Shown: positions 1 to 13,041 of the stretch, piece by piece
How the letters are laid out: each line of letters opens with the position of its first letter
Position numbering within the stretch: the first letter of the stretch is position 1
Source: the human T2T-CHM13v2.0 reference genome, Homo sapiens
Reading direction: 5' to 3' (one strand)
Length of the DNA stretch: 64,000 nucleotides
Assembly (NCBI RefSeq): GCF_009914755.1
Contig: NC_060947.1
Notes under the pieces: model-generated
Seen by the model: only the letters and a program-made list of their open reading frames with translations
The model's database searches: none
What the model was told of the DNA's origin: nothing
Translations under genes and position numbers: made by a program

Positions 1-288
1 ACATAATGAAAGTGTATTTACTGCTCACACATCACATCAGAGTGGACAAGAATAACTTCCTCTGTCTTGTAGCTAATATCGTATGAAATACATGGTCTCT
101 AAGGTGGCATAGAAAGGAAGGAGAGTACTGAAGGATCCCATCAATCCATGAAGTTACTTATATATTTTGTACTCATATCCCATTGGCCAAAATCCAGTTT
201 CATGGCTCCAATCTACTGTATCTGAGCCTAGAAAAATGTACAGTAGTATATGAATGTTTGGTTAGCAACTCACAGTTGTTGCCATGTG
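1..288 (-). mobile_element. Old MaLR LTR fragment (MLT1J-like)
   Basis: Motifs CATATCCCATTGGCCAAAATCCAGTTTCATGGCTCCAATCTACTG and terminal ...AGTTGTTGCCA resemble reverse-strand MLT1 LTRs; heavily diverged. Confidence 0.5.
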
Positions 289-289
289 A

Positions 290-390
290 AGTGACAATAA
301 TTTCTGTCTTGTATGATTGTGAGGATTAAATGTTTATGAAACATTTAGCAAAGTGCCTGACACATAAGCAGCACTCAATAAATGTTCAGT
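290..390 (+). mobile_element. MIR 3' fragment
   Basis: GATTGTGAGGATTAAATG...AGTGCCTGACACATAAGCAGCACTCAATAAATGTT matches the MIR/L2 3' tail. Confidence 0.75.
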
Positions 391-539
391 CACTCCCAAT
401 TCCTTCTTTCTGATCATTTCACTAGTTGACAGGCCATAAAATGCCCTTCACACTCACACAGAGCTACTTACTGAATTAACACCCACATGCCTTTTCATAC
501 TCTCTTTCCTCAACTTTTCCCTCTTTGTCATTTCTACCT

Positions 540-765
540 AATACCTATTCACTCATCTTCCATACTTTTGCTCAAATATGATGTTTCTTTCCTTTAACTT
601 TCCCAGGCAGAGTGACTCGGGTCCCTGCTCTTATACCACCACGTAGTATACACCATAAGTAGGGTAACTGGCATTGTGTAATATTAATTGTACACGTATA
701 CCTTCTCCACCAGACTCTGAACTCTGAGGACAGAGCAATGTCATTCATGTCTGTACTTTGGCATT
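540..765 (+). mobile_element. L2 3' fragment
   Basis: CTCTCCACCAGACTCTGAACTCTGAGGACAGAGCAATGTC resembles the L2 3' end. Confidence 0.55.
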
Positions 766-767
766 TA

Positions 768-799
768 ATATATATATACGCACACACACACACACACAC
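768..799. repeat. (TA)n(CA)n microsatellite
   Basis: Directly visible. Confidence 0.9.
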
Positions 800-1076
800 T
801 GACAGTCAGTAAGTGGTCATCGAACTCAATGGTGGGAATGTCAGGTTCTAGGCAATCTGAAGTCATGTTGGGAGGGTGTTGAGAAAAATGAGGACCATTC
901 ACTGCTTATGCCAGCTATAGCCTCAGTGTTTTATTGGTACCTCCACAGCATGAGGCCTGGCGAAGAAGCAGCACTTAATAAAAGTTTGCTAAAACCTGCA
1001 TAAAGGAGAAAAGGGGAAAAGATGGTTATGGTTATTTGTCACTATCTAATCACCAAAATATTTTTCCTTTTTACAG

Positions 1077-1132
1077 AATCTAGTCTATCGAGGGGAAGAG
1101 TTGACCAAATTCAGGCAAAGCAATCTGTGTGA
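1077..1132 (+). other. Candidate terminal coding exon, phase 1, xSSLSRGRVDQIQAKQSV*
   Basis: CTAAT branch-like motif, TTTTTCCTTTTTACAG acceptor (AG ends 1076), TGA at 1130-1132, AATAAA at 1368-1373 followed by a GT/T-rich tract; gene not recognised. Confidence 0.35.
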
Positions 1133-1135
1133 ATA

Positions 1136-1166
<31 letters not shown>
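1136..1166. repeat. (TA)n microsatellite
   Basis: Directly visible. Confidence 0.9.
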
Positions 1167-1168
<2 letters not shown>

Positions 1169-4100
1169 AGAACATATTTATTGTCATTCCAGAGTAGGTC
1201 TATCTAGAATAATTGTAAAGCCCCTGGAGCCAGCCATCTATATCCCAGGAAACATTGACCCTAAAACCTGGGGTTTCTCACTGCTGAGTGTTCAGCATTT
1301 CTATTTAGAGGACTTCCAGAGTAGCATCAGTACTATCTATTCTGCTACATCACTCACTCTCAGTAGGAATAAAAAAAAAGTACTGATTTTTAAAAAATAG
1401 GTTTTGGTTTTTCAGCTTACCTTTTTAAATAATGTGTGTTTTTTCATCCTCCACTGTATTTAGTGCTTCTCTATCTTCATTATTGTTATTAAAATAGCAA
1501 TAACAATCAAAGCTGTCATTTGTTGCACACACTCATTGTGTCAGCTACTTTATACAAACCCTATTAACCACTTTGGAAATTTAAAAATACATCTCACTGC
1601 TGCTGCCACTGACTGAACAAAGCAGATTGGCCAGCACTTGTCATCAGAGTGTTTTTGTCCTTGTCCCCTCCAGCACAGCAGGAGCTTAACCTCAAGGGGC
1701 TGGAGAACAAAGCCTTAGCCCTTGTACCAGTCCTCCAGGGTTAGAGCACATAGCCCAGGAGTGCTGAGCTGAGTTGTGACCCCCTGAAGTAAGGCAGAAA
1801 CAATGTCAGTTGAATCAACCCAACTTATACCACAGTCAGAACCCTCAAGGGCAACAAAGAATATAAAATTAAAAAGCCCCACCCAAAGGACAGTAACTTC
1901 AATCACCAAAGGAACATCATCCCACACAGATGAGAAAGAACCAGTGCAAGAACTCTGGCAACTCAAAAAGCCAGAGCATCTCTTTCCTCCAAATGACCAT
2001 ACTAGCTTTCCAGCAATAGTTTGTAACCAGGCTGAAACAGCTAAAATGACAGAGAATTCAGAATCTGGATAGCAATAAAGATCATTGAGATTCAGAAGAA
2101 GTTGAAACCCAATCAAAGGAATGTAAGGAGTCTAATAAAATTATACAAGAGCCGAAAGATAAAATAGCCATTTTAAGAAAGAAGCACACGTATCTGATAG
2201 AGGCGAAAAACTCACTACAAGAACTTCATAATATTATTTGAAGTACTAACAGCATAATGGACCAAGCTGAGGAAAGAATATCAGAGCATGAAGACTCATT
2301 CTTGAAGTCAACTCAAACAAAAGTAAAGAAAAAAAATTAAAAAGAATGAATAAAACCTACAAGAAATTTTGGATTATGTAAATAGACCAAATCCCTGACT
2401 CACTGGTTTCCCTGAAAGAGAGAAAAACAGCAAGCAATTTGCAAAATATATTTGAGGATATTGTCCACAAAAAATTCACCAACCTTGTTAGTGAAGTCAA
2501 CATTCAAAGTCAGGAAAGGCAGAGAACCCTTGTGAAGTACTATTCAAGACGACCATCACCAAGACACATTGTCATCAGATTCTTCAAAGTCAAAGTGAAA
2601 AAAAATTAAAGACAGCTAGAGAGAAGGGGTAATTCATCTACAAAGGGAACCCCATCAGGCTAACAGCAGACCTTTTGGCAGAAACCACATAAGCCAGAAC
2701 AGATTGGGGTCCTATATTCATCATGCTTAAAGAAAAGAAATTCCAACAAAGAATTTCATATTCAGCCAAACAAAGCTTTATAAAAGCAAAGGAGAAATAA
2801 GATCCTTCTCCAACAAATGCTAAGGAAGTTTATTACCAGCACACCTGCCTTACAAGAGGCCCTTAAGGGAGTGCTAAGTATGGAAATGAAAGACCAGTAC
2901 TGACCACCACAAAACACACTTAAGTACGTAGACCATTGAGACTATAAAGCAACAATGCAATCAAGTCTGCATAACAACCAACTAACAAGAGGAGGACAGG
3001 ATCAAATCTGCACATGGTAATATTAACCTTAAATGTAAACAGGCTAGATATCCCACATAAAATACACAGAGTGGCAAGTTGGAAAAAGAAGCAAGACCCA
3101 ACTGTCTGCTATCTTCCACAGACCCATCTCACATACAGTGACACCCATAGGCTCAAAGTAAAGGAATGGAGAAAAATCTACCAAGCAAATAGAAAAAAAA
3201 ACCAAACAAAACAAAACAGGGGTTGCTATTCTAATTGCTGACAAAACAAACGTTAAACCAAAAACGATCAAAAGGGACAAAGAAAGGCAGTACATAATGA
3301 TGAAGAGTTCAATTCAAAAAGAAGATTTAACTATCCTAAATATATATGTACCCAACACTGGAGCACTCAGATTTATAAAACAAGTTATTAGAGAACCATG
3401 AATAGAACTAGATAACCATACAATAATAGTGGGAGACTTCAACATCCCACTGACAATGTTAGGCAGATCATCCAGGCAGAAAACTAACAAAGATATTCAG
3501 GTCCGAAACTCAACACTTGACCAAATAGACCTAACAGACACCTACAGAATACTTCACCCAACAACAGAATGTACATTCTTCTCATCTGCCCATAGTACAT
3601 GATCTAAAATTGACCGCACACTTGACTGTAATACAACTCAACAAATTAAAAAAAAATCATACCAATCACACTCTCAGACCACAGGGCAATAAAAATAGAA
3701 ATTAATACTAACGGGGTTTCTCAAAACCATGGAATTTCTCAATTACATGGAAATTAAACAACCTACTCCTGAATGACTTTTGCATAAACAATGAAATTAA
3801 GGCAGAAATCAATAAATTCTTTGAAATTAATGAAAACAAAGGTACAACACATGAGAATCTATGGGATACAGTTAAAGTAGCTTTGAGAGGAAAGTTTAAA
3901 GAACTAAATGCTCACATCAAAAAAGCAGAAAGATATCAAATTAACAACCTAACACCACACCTAAAGGGAATAGAAAAACAAGAGCAAACCAACCCCAAAA
4001 ACAGCAGAAGAAAAGAGATAACCAACCCAGAGCTAAGCTGAATGACCCATAAAAAGGATCAACAAAACCAAAAGTTGGTTCTCTGAAAGAATATATGAGG

Positions 4101-4693
4101 TTGATAGATGACTAAACTAATAAAGAAAAAAACCCAGAATATCCAAATAAATAGAATCAGGCATGATAAAGGAATCATTACCATTGGCTCCACAGAAATT
4201 AAAAAAAAAAAACCCACAGAGACTATTAAGAACACCACTAGGCGCACAAACAAGAAAACCTAGAAGCAATGCATAAATTCCTGGAAACATAAAATCTCCT
4301 ATGGTTGAACAAAGAAGACACTGAAACTCTAAACAGACCAATAATGAGTTTTGAAATTAAATTAGTAATGAAAAGCCTACCAACCAGAAAAAACCCTGGA
4401 CCAGATGGATTCACAGCCAAATTCTAAAAGGCGTATAAAGAGGAGCTGGCACCAATCCTACTAAAACCATTCCCCAAAACTGAGAAAGGACTCCTCTCTA
4501 ACTCATTCTTTGAGGCCAACATCATTCTAATACCAATACCTGGCAGAGATACCAAAAAAAAAAAAAAAAAAAAAAAGAAGAAGAAGAAGAAGATAACTTC
4601 AGGTCAATATCCTTAATATAAATAGATGTAAAAATCCTCTACAAAGTACTAGCAAACTGAATCCAGCAGCACTTCAAAAAGGCCATCCGCCAC

Positions 4694-5304
4694 TGAATTA
4701 GTCCATTTTCACACTGCCAAAAATAACTGTCTGAGACTGGGTAATTTATTTTTTTAAAAAGATAGGTTTACAAACAACACATGTTCTCACTCATAGGTGG
4801 GAATTGAACAATGAGAACACTTGGACACAGGGTGGGGAACATCACACACAGCGGCCTGTCGTGGGGTAGGGGCAGGGGGAGGGATAGCATTAGGAGAAAT
4901 ACCTAATGTAAATGACGAGTTAATGGGTACAGCAAACCAACATGGCACATGTATACCTATGTAACGAACTTGCACGTTGTGCACATGTACCCTAGAACTT
5001 AAAGTATATGAAAAAAAAAGGTTTAATTGACTCACAGTTTGGTATAGCTGGGGAGGCCTCAAGAAACTTACAATCATGGCAGAAGGTGAAGGGGAACCAA
5101 GGCACATTTTACATGGTGGCAGGAGAGAGACAGAGAGAGTAAGGGGGGAAGTGCCACACTTTTAAATGATCAGATCTCATGAGAACTCACTCACTATCAT
5201 GAGAGCAGCATGGGGAAAATCTGCCTCCATGATCCAATCACCTCCCACCAGGTCCCTTCCCTGATAGTGAGATTTGGGTGGGGGCACAGAGCCAAATCGT
5301 ATCA
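4694..5304 (-). mobile_element. MaLR solo LTR (MSTA/THE1D-like), split by an L1 fragment
   Basis: TG...CA termini, GGGTAATTTAT and CAATCATGGCAGAAGGTGAAGGGG motifs, 5-bp TSD GCCAC at 4689-4693 and 5305-5309. Confidence 0.9.
4771..5018 (+). mobile_element. 5'-truncated L1PA (approx. PA5-PA7) 3' end inserted in the LTR
   Basis: Canonical 3'UTR GGGATAGCATTAGGAGAAATACCTAATGTAAATGAC...TAGAACTTAAAGTAT with A tail; AGGTTTA duplicated at 4764-4770 and 5019-5025. Confidence 0.9.
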
Positions 5305-7248
5305 GCCACGGTTAAGTAGGCTTTATTCCTGGGATGCAAGGTTGGTTCTGCATATGCAAATCAATAAAAGTGATTCATCACAAAAAAAAACAAAAAAAAA
5401 AAACAGAACTAAAAACAAAACCACATGATCATCTCAATAGATGCCCTAAAGGCCCTAAAGGTTTTGGATATAATTTGGCAATCTGTCCTTCATGTTGAAA
5501 ACTCTCATAAAACTAGGCATTGCAGGAACATACCTTAAAGTAATAAGAGCCGTCTATGACAAATCCATAGCCAACATCATACTGAATGGATGAAAGCTGA
5601 AAGCATTTCCCTTGAAAACCAGAAGACAAAGATGCCTACTCTCACCACTGCTAATCACCACAGTACTGCAAGTTCTAGCCAGAGCAATCAGGCAAGAGAA
5701 CAAAATAAAAGGCATCCAGAAAGGAACAGAAAGTCAAACTACCCCTGTTTGCATACAATATGATTCTATATCTAGAAAACCCCATAATCTCTGCTCAAAA
5801 TCTTCTTGATATGATAAACAACTTCAGCAAAGTTTCAGGATACAAAACCAATGTACAAAAATCTGTAGCATTACTATACAACAACAACATCCAGCCTGAA
5901 AGTCAAATCAATAAGGCAATTCCATTACAATACCCACAAAAAATAAAATAAAATACCTAGGAATACACCCAACCAAGGAAGTGAAATTGCTCTGCAATTA
6001 GAATTATAAAACACTGCTGAAATAAATCAGAAATATTACATGCTCATGAAAAGGAAGAATCAATGTCATTAAAATGGCCTTACTGCCCAAGGGAATTTAC
6101 AAGTTCAATGCTATTTCTTCCAAAATGACATTGTTCACAGAATTAATGATTGTAAAATTCATATGAAAACAAAGAGCCTGAAGAGCCAAGACTATCCTAA
6201 GCAAAAATAAAAAAGCTGGAGGCATCACTCTACCCAACCTCAAACTATACTACACAGCTACAGTAACCAAAAGAGTGTAGTGCTGGTACAAAAACAGACT
6301 CATAGACCAATGGCAAAGTTAGAAAACCCAGAAATAAAGCCACACACTTTGCTCTTCAACTAAGTCAACAAAAAGTATCACCTGACCTTTGTCAAAGTCA
6401 ACAAAAACAAGGAACAGGGAAATGACACCCTATTCAATAAATAGTGCTGGGATAACTGGCTAGCCATGTGCAGAAGATTAATACTATGCCCTTTCCTTTC
6501 ACCATATACAAAAATCAAATCAAGATAGATTAAAGACTTAAATGTAAAACCTAAAAGTATAAAAATACAAAAAGAAAAACTCAGAAACACCATTTGGGAC
6601 ATAGATCCTAGCAAAGAGTTTATGATGAAGACCCCAAAAGAAATTGCAGCAAAAACCAAAATTGAAAAATGAGCTTCTGCACAGCTAAAGAAACTATCAA
6701 CAGAGTAAACAGACAACCAACAGAATAGGAAAAAATACTTGCAAACTATGCATCCAACAAAGGTCTAGTATCCAGAATCCATAAGGAACTTAAACAAATT
6801 AACAAGCAAAAAACAAACCCACTTAAAAATGGGCAAAGGACATGAACAGACACTTCTCAAAAGAAGACATACATGCATACGTATGGCCAAGAAGCATATA
6901 AAAAAAACCCCAATATCACTAAACATTAGAGAAATGCATATTAAAACCATAGGGAGAATCCGTTCCACACCTGTCAGAATGGTTATTATTAGAAAGTTAA
7001 AAAAAATAACAGATGCTGGTAGGATTGTAGAGAAAAGGGAAAGCTTATACACTGCTGGTGGGAATGTAAATTAGTTCAGCCACCGTGGAAAGTAGTTTAG
7101 AGGTTTCTCAAATAACTTAAAACAACCCAGCAATCCCATTACTGGTTATGTACCCTAAGGAATATAAATTGCTCTACCATAAAGACACATGCACGTGTAT
7201 ATTCATGACAGCACTACTCACAATAGCAAATACATGGAATCAAACTAA

Positions 7249-10200
7249 CTTCACATCAGAGGTGGAATGAGGCATCCAGATTGTTGCACTGGCACTGACT
7301 AGGCAGTTGGCATGACACACAGCGAGGAAAAGCAGGGTGGGGCGACGGCCCACCTGGGAGCAACACAGAGCAAGGGGAGCTCCCAACCCCAACCAAGGAA
7401 AGCAGTGAGTTATTGTGTGACCCCCACCTGGGAAACCATGATTTTCCCATGGATCTTTGCAATTCACAGATCAGAAGATCTCCTTGTGAGCCCACACCAC
7501 GAGGGACTGAGGTCCGAAGCACAGAGCTCTGCAGACGCTTGGCAGCCACTCGGTCACACATAGAGACACAGGAGATTTTACATACTCCCACCCCGGGAAT
7601 TCCAGTGAAGCAGGAGATCTGTCCATTCCCATAGGAAGGGGGCTGAAGCAATGGAGCCAAGCCGTGTCATTCAGCAGGCCCCACTCCCATGGCACCTAAT
7701 AAGATAAGAACCACTGGCTTATTCCAGCTGGCCAGTGGCAGCAGGCTGGAGGTCCTGGGGGGAAAGGGGCAGCTGCCATCTCTGAGGCTCCAGTTGGCCA
7801 TCCTGACCTGCTGACTCCAGAAAGTGTAGATTGTCCAGACTGTAAGGAACTCCCCACAGCACAGCATAGCTGCTGTGGCAGATCGTGGCCAGACTGCTTC
7901 AGTAAGTGGGACCCCAATCCATTCCTCCTCACTGGGCGGGGCTTCCCTGCAGGAATTTCGGCAACTCCAGACAGAGTTTTATGGACAGAACTCTGATCTC
8001 CCTAGGAGGAAGGTTCTTGGGGGAGGGGCACCCACAGTCTCTGCAGTTCAGCCAACTTAACATTTTCTGGCTCTGGAGAGTCCTGGCGGTCTAAACGAGG
8101 GGGTAACCCCCAGCAGAGCGCACCCATTCCACCAAGGGGAAGACAGACTACTTCTTTAAGTGGGTCCCTGATCCAGTTCCTCCTGACTGGGTGAAACCTC
8201 CCAAGAGGGGTCTCCAGACACCTCCTACAGGAGTTTTCAGGCGGCATCAGGTGAGTGCCCCTCTGGGAAAGAGCTCCCAGAGGAAGGAACACACTGCCAT
8301 CTCTGCTGTTTTGCAGCCTCCACTGGTGTAACCTCCATGTGCTGGAAAGACCCAGATGACTAGGATCTGAAGTGGACCCCAAGTAAATTGCAGCAGCCCT
8401 TCAGACATGGGTCCTGACTGCTAAAAGAGAAACAAACAAAAAAACAGAAAGCAACAACAACAACAACAAAAGACCTAACAAAAACCCCATTCAAAGGTCA
8501 GCAACCTCAAAGATAGAAGACAGAAAAGCCCACAAAGATGAGAAGGAATCATTGAAAAAATGCTAAAAACTCAAAAACCCAGAGTTCCTCTTCTCTTCCA
8601 AATGACTGTAACACCTCTCCAGAAAGGGCAGAGAACTGGGCTGAGGCTGAGATGGCTGAATTGACAAGTAGGCTTCAGAAGGTGGGTACTAATGAACTTT
8701 GCTGAGGTAAAGGAGCATGTTCTAACCCAATGCAAAGAAGCTAAGAACCATGATAAAACATTACAGAAGCTGTTAACCAGAATAACCAGTTTAGAGAGGA
8801 ACATAACCCACCTGATGGAGCTGAAAAACTCAATACGAGAACTTCACAATGAAACCACAAGTATCAGTAGCCAAATAGACCAGTGGAGGAAAGAATCTCA
8901 GAGCTTGAAGACTATCTTTCTGAAGTAAGACAGGCACACAAGATTAGAAAAAAAAGAATGAAAAGAAATGAACAAAACCTCCAACAAATATAGGATTATG
9001 TAAAAAGACCAAACCCAGGACTGATTGGAGTACTTGAAAGAGACGGGAAGAACAGAACCAAGTTGGAAAACATACTGCAGGATATCATCCAGGAGAACTT
9101 CCTCAACCTAGCAAGACAGGCCAACATTCAAATTCAAGACACAATTAGAAATGATAAAGGGGATATCACCACTGACCCCACAGAAATACAAACAACCACC
9201 AGAGAATACTAGAAACACATAAACTAGAAAATCTAGAAGTGGGTAAATTCCTGGACACATATACCCTCCCAAGACTCAACCAGGAAGAAATTGAATCCCT
9301 GAATAGACCAAGGAGTTCTGAAATTGAGGCAGCAATAAATACCCTACTAACAGAGAAAGCCCAGGACCAGACAGATTTGCAGTTGAATTCTACCAGAGGT
9401 ACAAAGAGGAACTGGTATCATTTTTTTCTGAAACTATTACAAAAAATTGAAAAGGAGGGAATCCTCCCTAACTCATTTCATGAGGCCTGCATCATCCTGA
9501 TACCAAAACCTGACAGATAAAACAAAAAAAGAAAACTCCAAGCCAATATCCTTGATGGAGATCAATGCAAAAACCCTCAATAAAATACTGGCAAACCAAA
9601 TCCAGCAGCACATCAAAAAGTTTATCCACCATGATCAAGTTGGCTTCATCTCTGGGATGTAAGTTTGGTTCAATATACATAAATCAATAAATGTGATTCA
9701 TCACATAAACAGAACTGAAGAAGAAAAACACATGATTATCTCAATAGACACAGAAAAGGCCTTCAATAAAATTTAATATCCCTTCAAGTTAAAAACTCTT
9801 AATAAATTAGGCATTGGAGGAACATATCTTAAAATAAAAAGAGTCATGTATGACAAACCCATAGTCAATATCACTCTGAACAGGAAAGAGCTCGAAGCCT
9901 TCCCCTTGAAAACCAACACAAGACAAGGATGTCCTCTCTCACCCCTCCTTACACAGTATTGAAAGTTCTGGCCAGGGCAATCAGGCAAAAGAAAGAAATA
10001 AAGAGTATTCAAATAGTAAGAGAGGAAGTCAAATTATCTTTCTTTGCAGATGACATGATCTTATATCTAGAAAACCCCATGCTTTCAACCCAAAAGCTTC
10101 TGAAACTGATAAGCAACTTCAGCAAAGTCTCAGAATGAAACATCAATGTGTAAAAATTGCTAGCCTTCCTATACAACAATAGGCATGCAGAGAGCCAAAT

Positions 10201-11981
10201 CATGAATGAACCCCCATTCACAATTGCTACAAAGAGAATAAAATACCTAGGAATACAGCTAACAAAGGAAGTGAAGGACATCTTTAAGGAGAACTACAAA
10301 CCGCTGTTCAAGGAAATCAGAGAGGACACAAACAAATGGAAAACCTTTCCATGATCATAGATAGTAAGGATCAATATTGTGAAAATGGCCATACTGCCCA
10401 AAGTAATTTATAGATTCAATGCTATTCCCATTAAACTACCATTGACATTCTTCACAGAATTAGAAAAAAACTATTTTAAAGTTCTTATAGAACCAAAAAG
10501 CCCATATAGCCAAGAAAATCCTAAGCAAAAAGAACAAAGCTGGAGGCATCACGCTACCTGACTTCAAACTATACTACAAGGCTACAATAACCAAAACTGC
10601 ATGGTATTGTTACAAAAAAAGGCACAAAGACCAATGAAACAAAACAGATAATTATGAAATAAGACCGCACACCTGCAAACCACCTGATATTTTACAAACC
10701 AGACAAAAGCAAGCAATGGGGAAATGATTCCCAATTTAATAAGTGGTGCTGGAAGAACTGGCTGGCCATATGGAGAAAAATAAAACTGGACCCCTTCCTT
10801 ATACCTTATATAAAAATCAACCCAAAATGGCTTAAAGACTTAAAGGTAAAACCTAAAACGATAAAAATCCTAGGGAAAAATCTAGGCAATACCATTCAGG
10901 AAACAGGCACAGGCAAAGATTTCATGATGAAAATGCCATAAGCAATTGCAACAAAAGCAAAAATAGACAAATGGCATCGAATGAAATTAAAGAACTTCAG
11001 CGCAGCAAAAGAAACTATCATCAGAGAGAACAGACAACCTACAAAATGGGGGAAATTTTGTGCAATCTATCTGACAAAGTTCTAATAACCATAGTCTACA
11101 AGGAACTTAAACAAATTTACAAGAAAAATAAAACAAGCAACCCTATTAAAAACTGGGCAAAGGACAAACAGACACTTCTCAAAAGAAGACATTAATGTGA
11201 TCAACAAACATGAAAAACACTTAATATAAGTGATCATTAGAGAAACACAAATCGAAACTACAATGAGATGCCCTCCCATGCTGGTCAGAATGGTGATTAT
11301 TAAAAAGTCAAGAAAGAGCAGATGCTAGTGAGGTTGCGGAGAAAAAAGAATGCCTTTACACTGTTGGTGAGAATGTAAATTACTTCAACCATTGTGGAAA
11401 ACAGTGTGGCAATTCTGCAAAGATCTAGGAGCAGGAATACCATTTGACCCAGCAACCCCATTACTGGGTATAAATCCAAAGGAATATAAATCATTCTTTT
11501 ATAAACTTGCACATATATGTTCATTGCAGCACTATTCACAATAGCAGAGATGTGAAATCAACCAAAATGCTCATCAATAACAGACTGGATAAAGAAAATG
11601 TGGTACATATACACCATCGAACACTATGCAGCCATAAAAAGGAATACAATCATGTTCTTGACAGGGACATGGATGGAGCTGGAAGTCATCATCCTCAGCA
11701 AACTAACACAGGAACAGAATACCAAACACCACATGTTCTCCTTATAAGTGGGAGGTGAACGATAAGAACACATGAATACAGGGCTGGGGAATCAACACAC
11801 ACTGGGGCCTATCAGGGGGAGGCAAAGGGAGGGAGAGCATCAGGAAGAATAGCTAATGCGTTCTGGGCTGAATACCTAGGTGATGGATTGTTCTGTGCAG
11901 CAAACCACCATGGCACATGTTTACCTATGTAACAGATCTGCACATGTAACCCTGGAACTTAAAATAAAAGTTAAAGAAAAC
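7249..11981 (+). mobile_element. LINE-1 (L1PA11-13-like) with 5'UTR and an internal ORF1/ORF2 deletion, nested in the older L1
   Basis: GC-richer 5'UTR 7249-8530, ORF1 coiled-coil remnant (EHVLTQCKEAKNHDK), RT remnant [12 protein letters not shown], 3'UTR GGAGAGCATCAGGAAGAATAGCTAATG. Confidence 0.9.
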
Positions 11982-12567
11982 AAAATGTAGTACACATACA
12001 CCATTGAACACTACACAGCCATAAGAAATAATGAAATCCTGTCCTTTGTAGTAATGTGGATGGAACTGGATGCCATTATCTTAAGCAAATAAGTGCAGGA
12101 ACAGAAAAGAAAATACTGCATTTTCTCACGTAAATGTGGGAGCTAAACACTGAGTACACATGGACACCAAGAAAGGAACAATAGACACCAGGGCCTACTT
12201 GAGGGTGGAGGGTAGGAGGAAGGTGAGAATTAAAAAACTACCTATTGGGCACTATGCTTATTATCTGGCTGATGAAATAATATGTACACCAAACCCCCAC
12301 AACGTGCAAATTACTCATGTAACAAACCTGTACATGTATCACCTGAACCTATAAGTTGGAAAGAAAAAAAATAAAAATGAAATGAAAATACTTCTCTTGA
12401 TCTGGAGACTCTTGATTCAGCCTACTGCTCTATTTGCCTTCCAGGGAAAACTACCACCTTATTAAAGCACTGAATAAGGGAATGTTTGCTCTCTGCCCCC
12501 ATCCTTTGAGCCCCCATAATTTCAAGTCTTGGCCCTGACTGATATCAAAGCTCACAAGGAAATAGGA

Positions 12568-12824
12568 CGCAGTATATAATACAATGGTTAAGAAAAAGGA
12601 CTCAGAACTCAGACTTGTGTTCAAATCTCATCTCTGACACCATGTAGCCCTGAACCAGGTACTTGATTACTCTAACCTTGTTTCCTCGTGCATAAAATAA
12701 AACTAATGATAGTGCCTATTTCAGAAAGTTATTGAAAGAAGTAAACAAGATAGTACTGGTGAAGCACTTAGCAAAGTTCCAAGCAAGTATATGGGTACTC
12801 AATAAATATGAGTTGTTATTATTT
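12568..12824 (+). mobile_element. MIR, near full length
   Basis: GTTCAAATCTC box, core TTTCCTCGTGCATAAAAT, 3' CTCAATAAATATGAGTTGTTATTATT. Confidence 0.8.
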
Positions 12825-12988
12825 TCACAATATGAATAAAATCGGCTAAAGGAGTTCATGAAGCAGTAGAACAATATCTTACCCTGGGGGGTGTGTGTGG
12901 AATCTCTTCTTGTCCTGGAAAGAATATCAGTATATCTGGCAGAGAGAATAATGAAGCGATCGGATCAGAAAGAAAACACTAAGGGATA

Positions 12989-13041
12989 CAAGTTGAGCAT
13001 CCCTAATCCAAAAAGCTCAAAATCCAAAACTTCTTGAGCAC
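12989..13041 (+). mobile_element. Tigger4/MER46-like terminal fragment
   Basis: TA then CAAGTTGAGCATCCCTAATCCAAAA...AAATCCAAAACTTCTTGAGC resembles the Tigger4 TIR. Confidence 0.6.

Larger units (their letters stand above)
1596..12384 (+). mobile_element. Old primate LINE-1 (L1PA15/16-like): partial 5'UTR, decayed ORF1 (~1930-2910), ORF2 (~2990-7248), 3' end 11982-12384; host for nested insertions
   Basis: ORF2 remnants (ILTLNVN..., [18 protein letters not shown]), L1PA16-type 3'UTR, TSD AAAATAC(A/T)TCTC at 1584-1595 and 12385-12396. Confidence 0.9.

Noticed and set aside
1415-1490. Minus-strand donor AAG|GTAAGC with upstream frame NNEDREALNTVEDEKTHII
   Set aside because: In-frame stop before the donor and no convincing acceptor
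7249-8400. GC-richer stretch as a gene promoter or CpG island
   Set aside because: It is a CpG-decayed L1 5'UTR
1596-12384. Active L1 ORF1/ORF2 coding sequences
   Set aside because: All L1 copies carry many stops and frameshifts; only short fragments remain open
12883-12938. Minus-strand peptide DILIFFPGQEEI resembling DEAH helicase motif IV
   Set aside because: Similarity stops after ~12 residues and no other helicase motifs are nearby; probably chance
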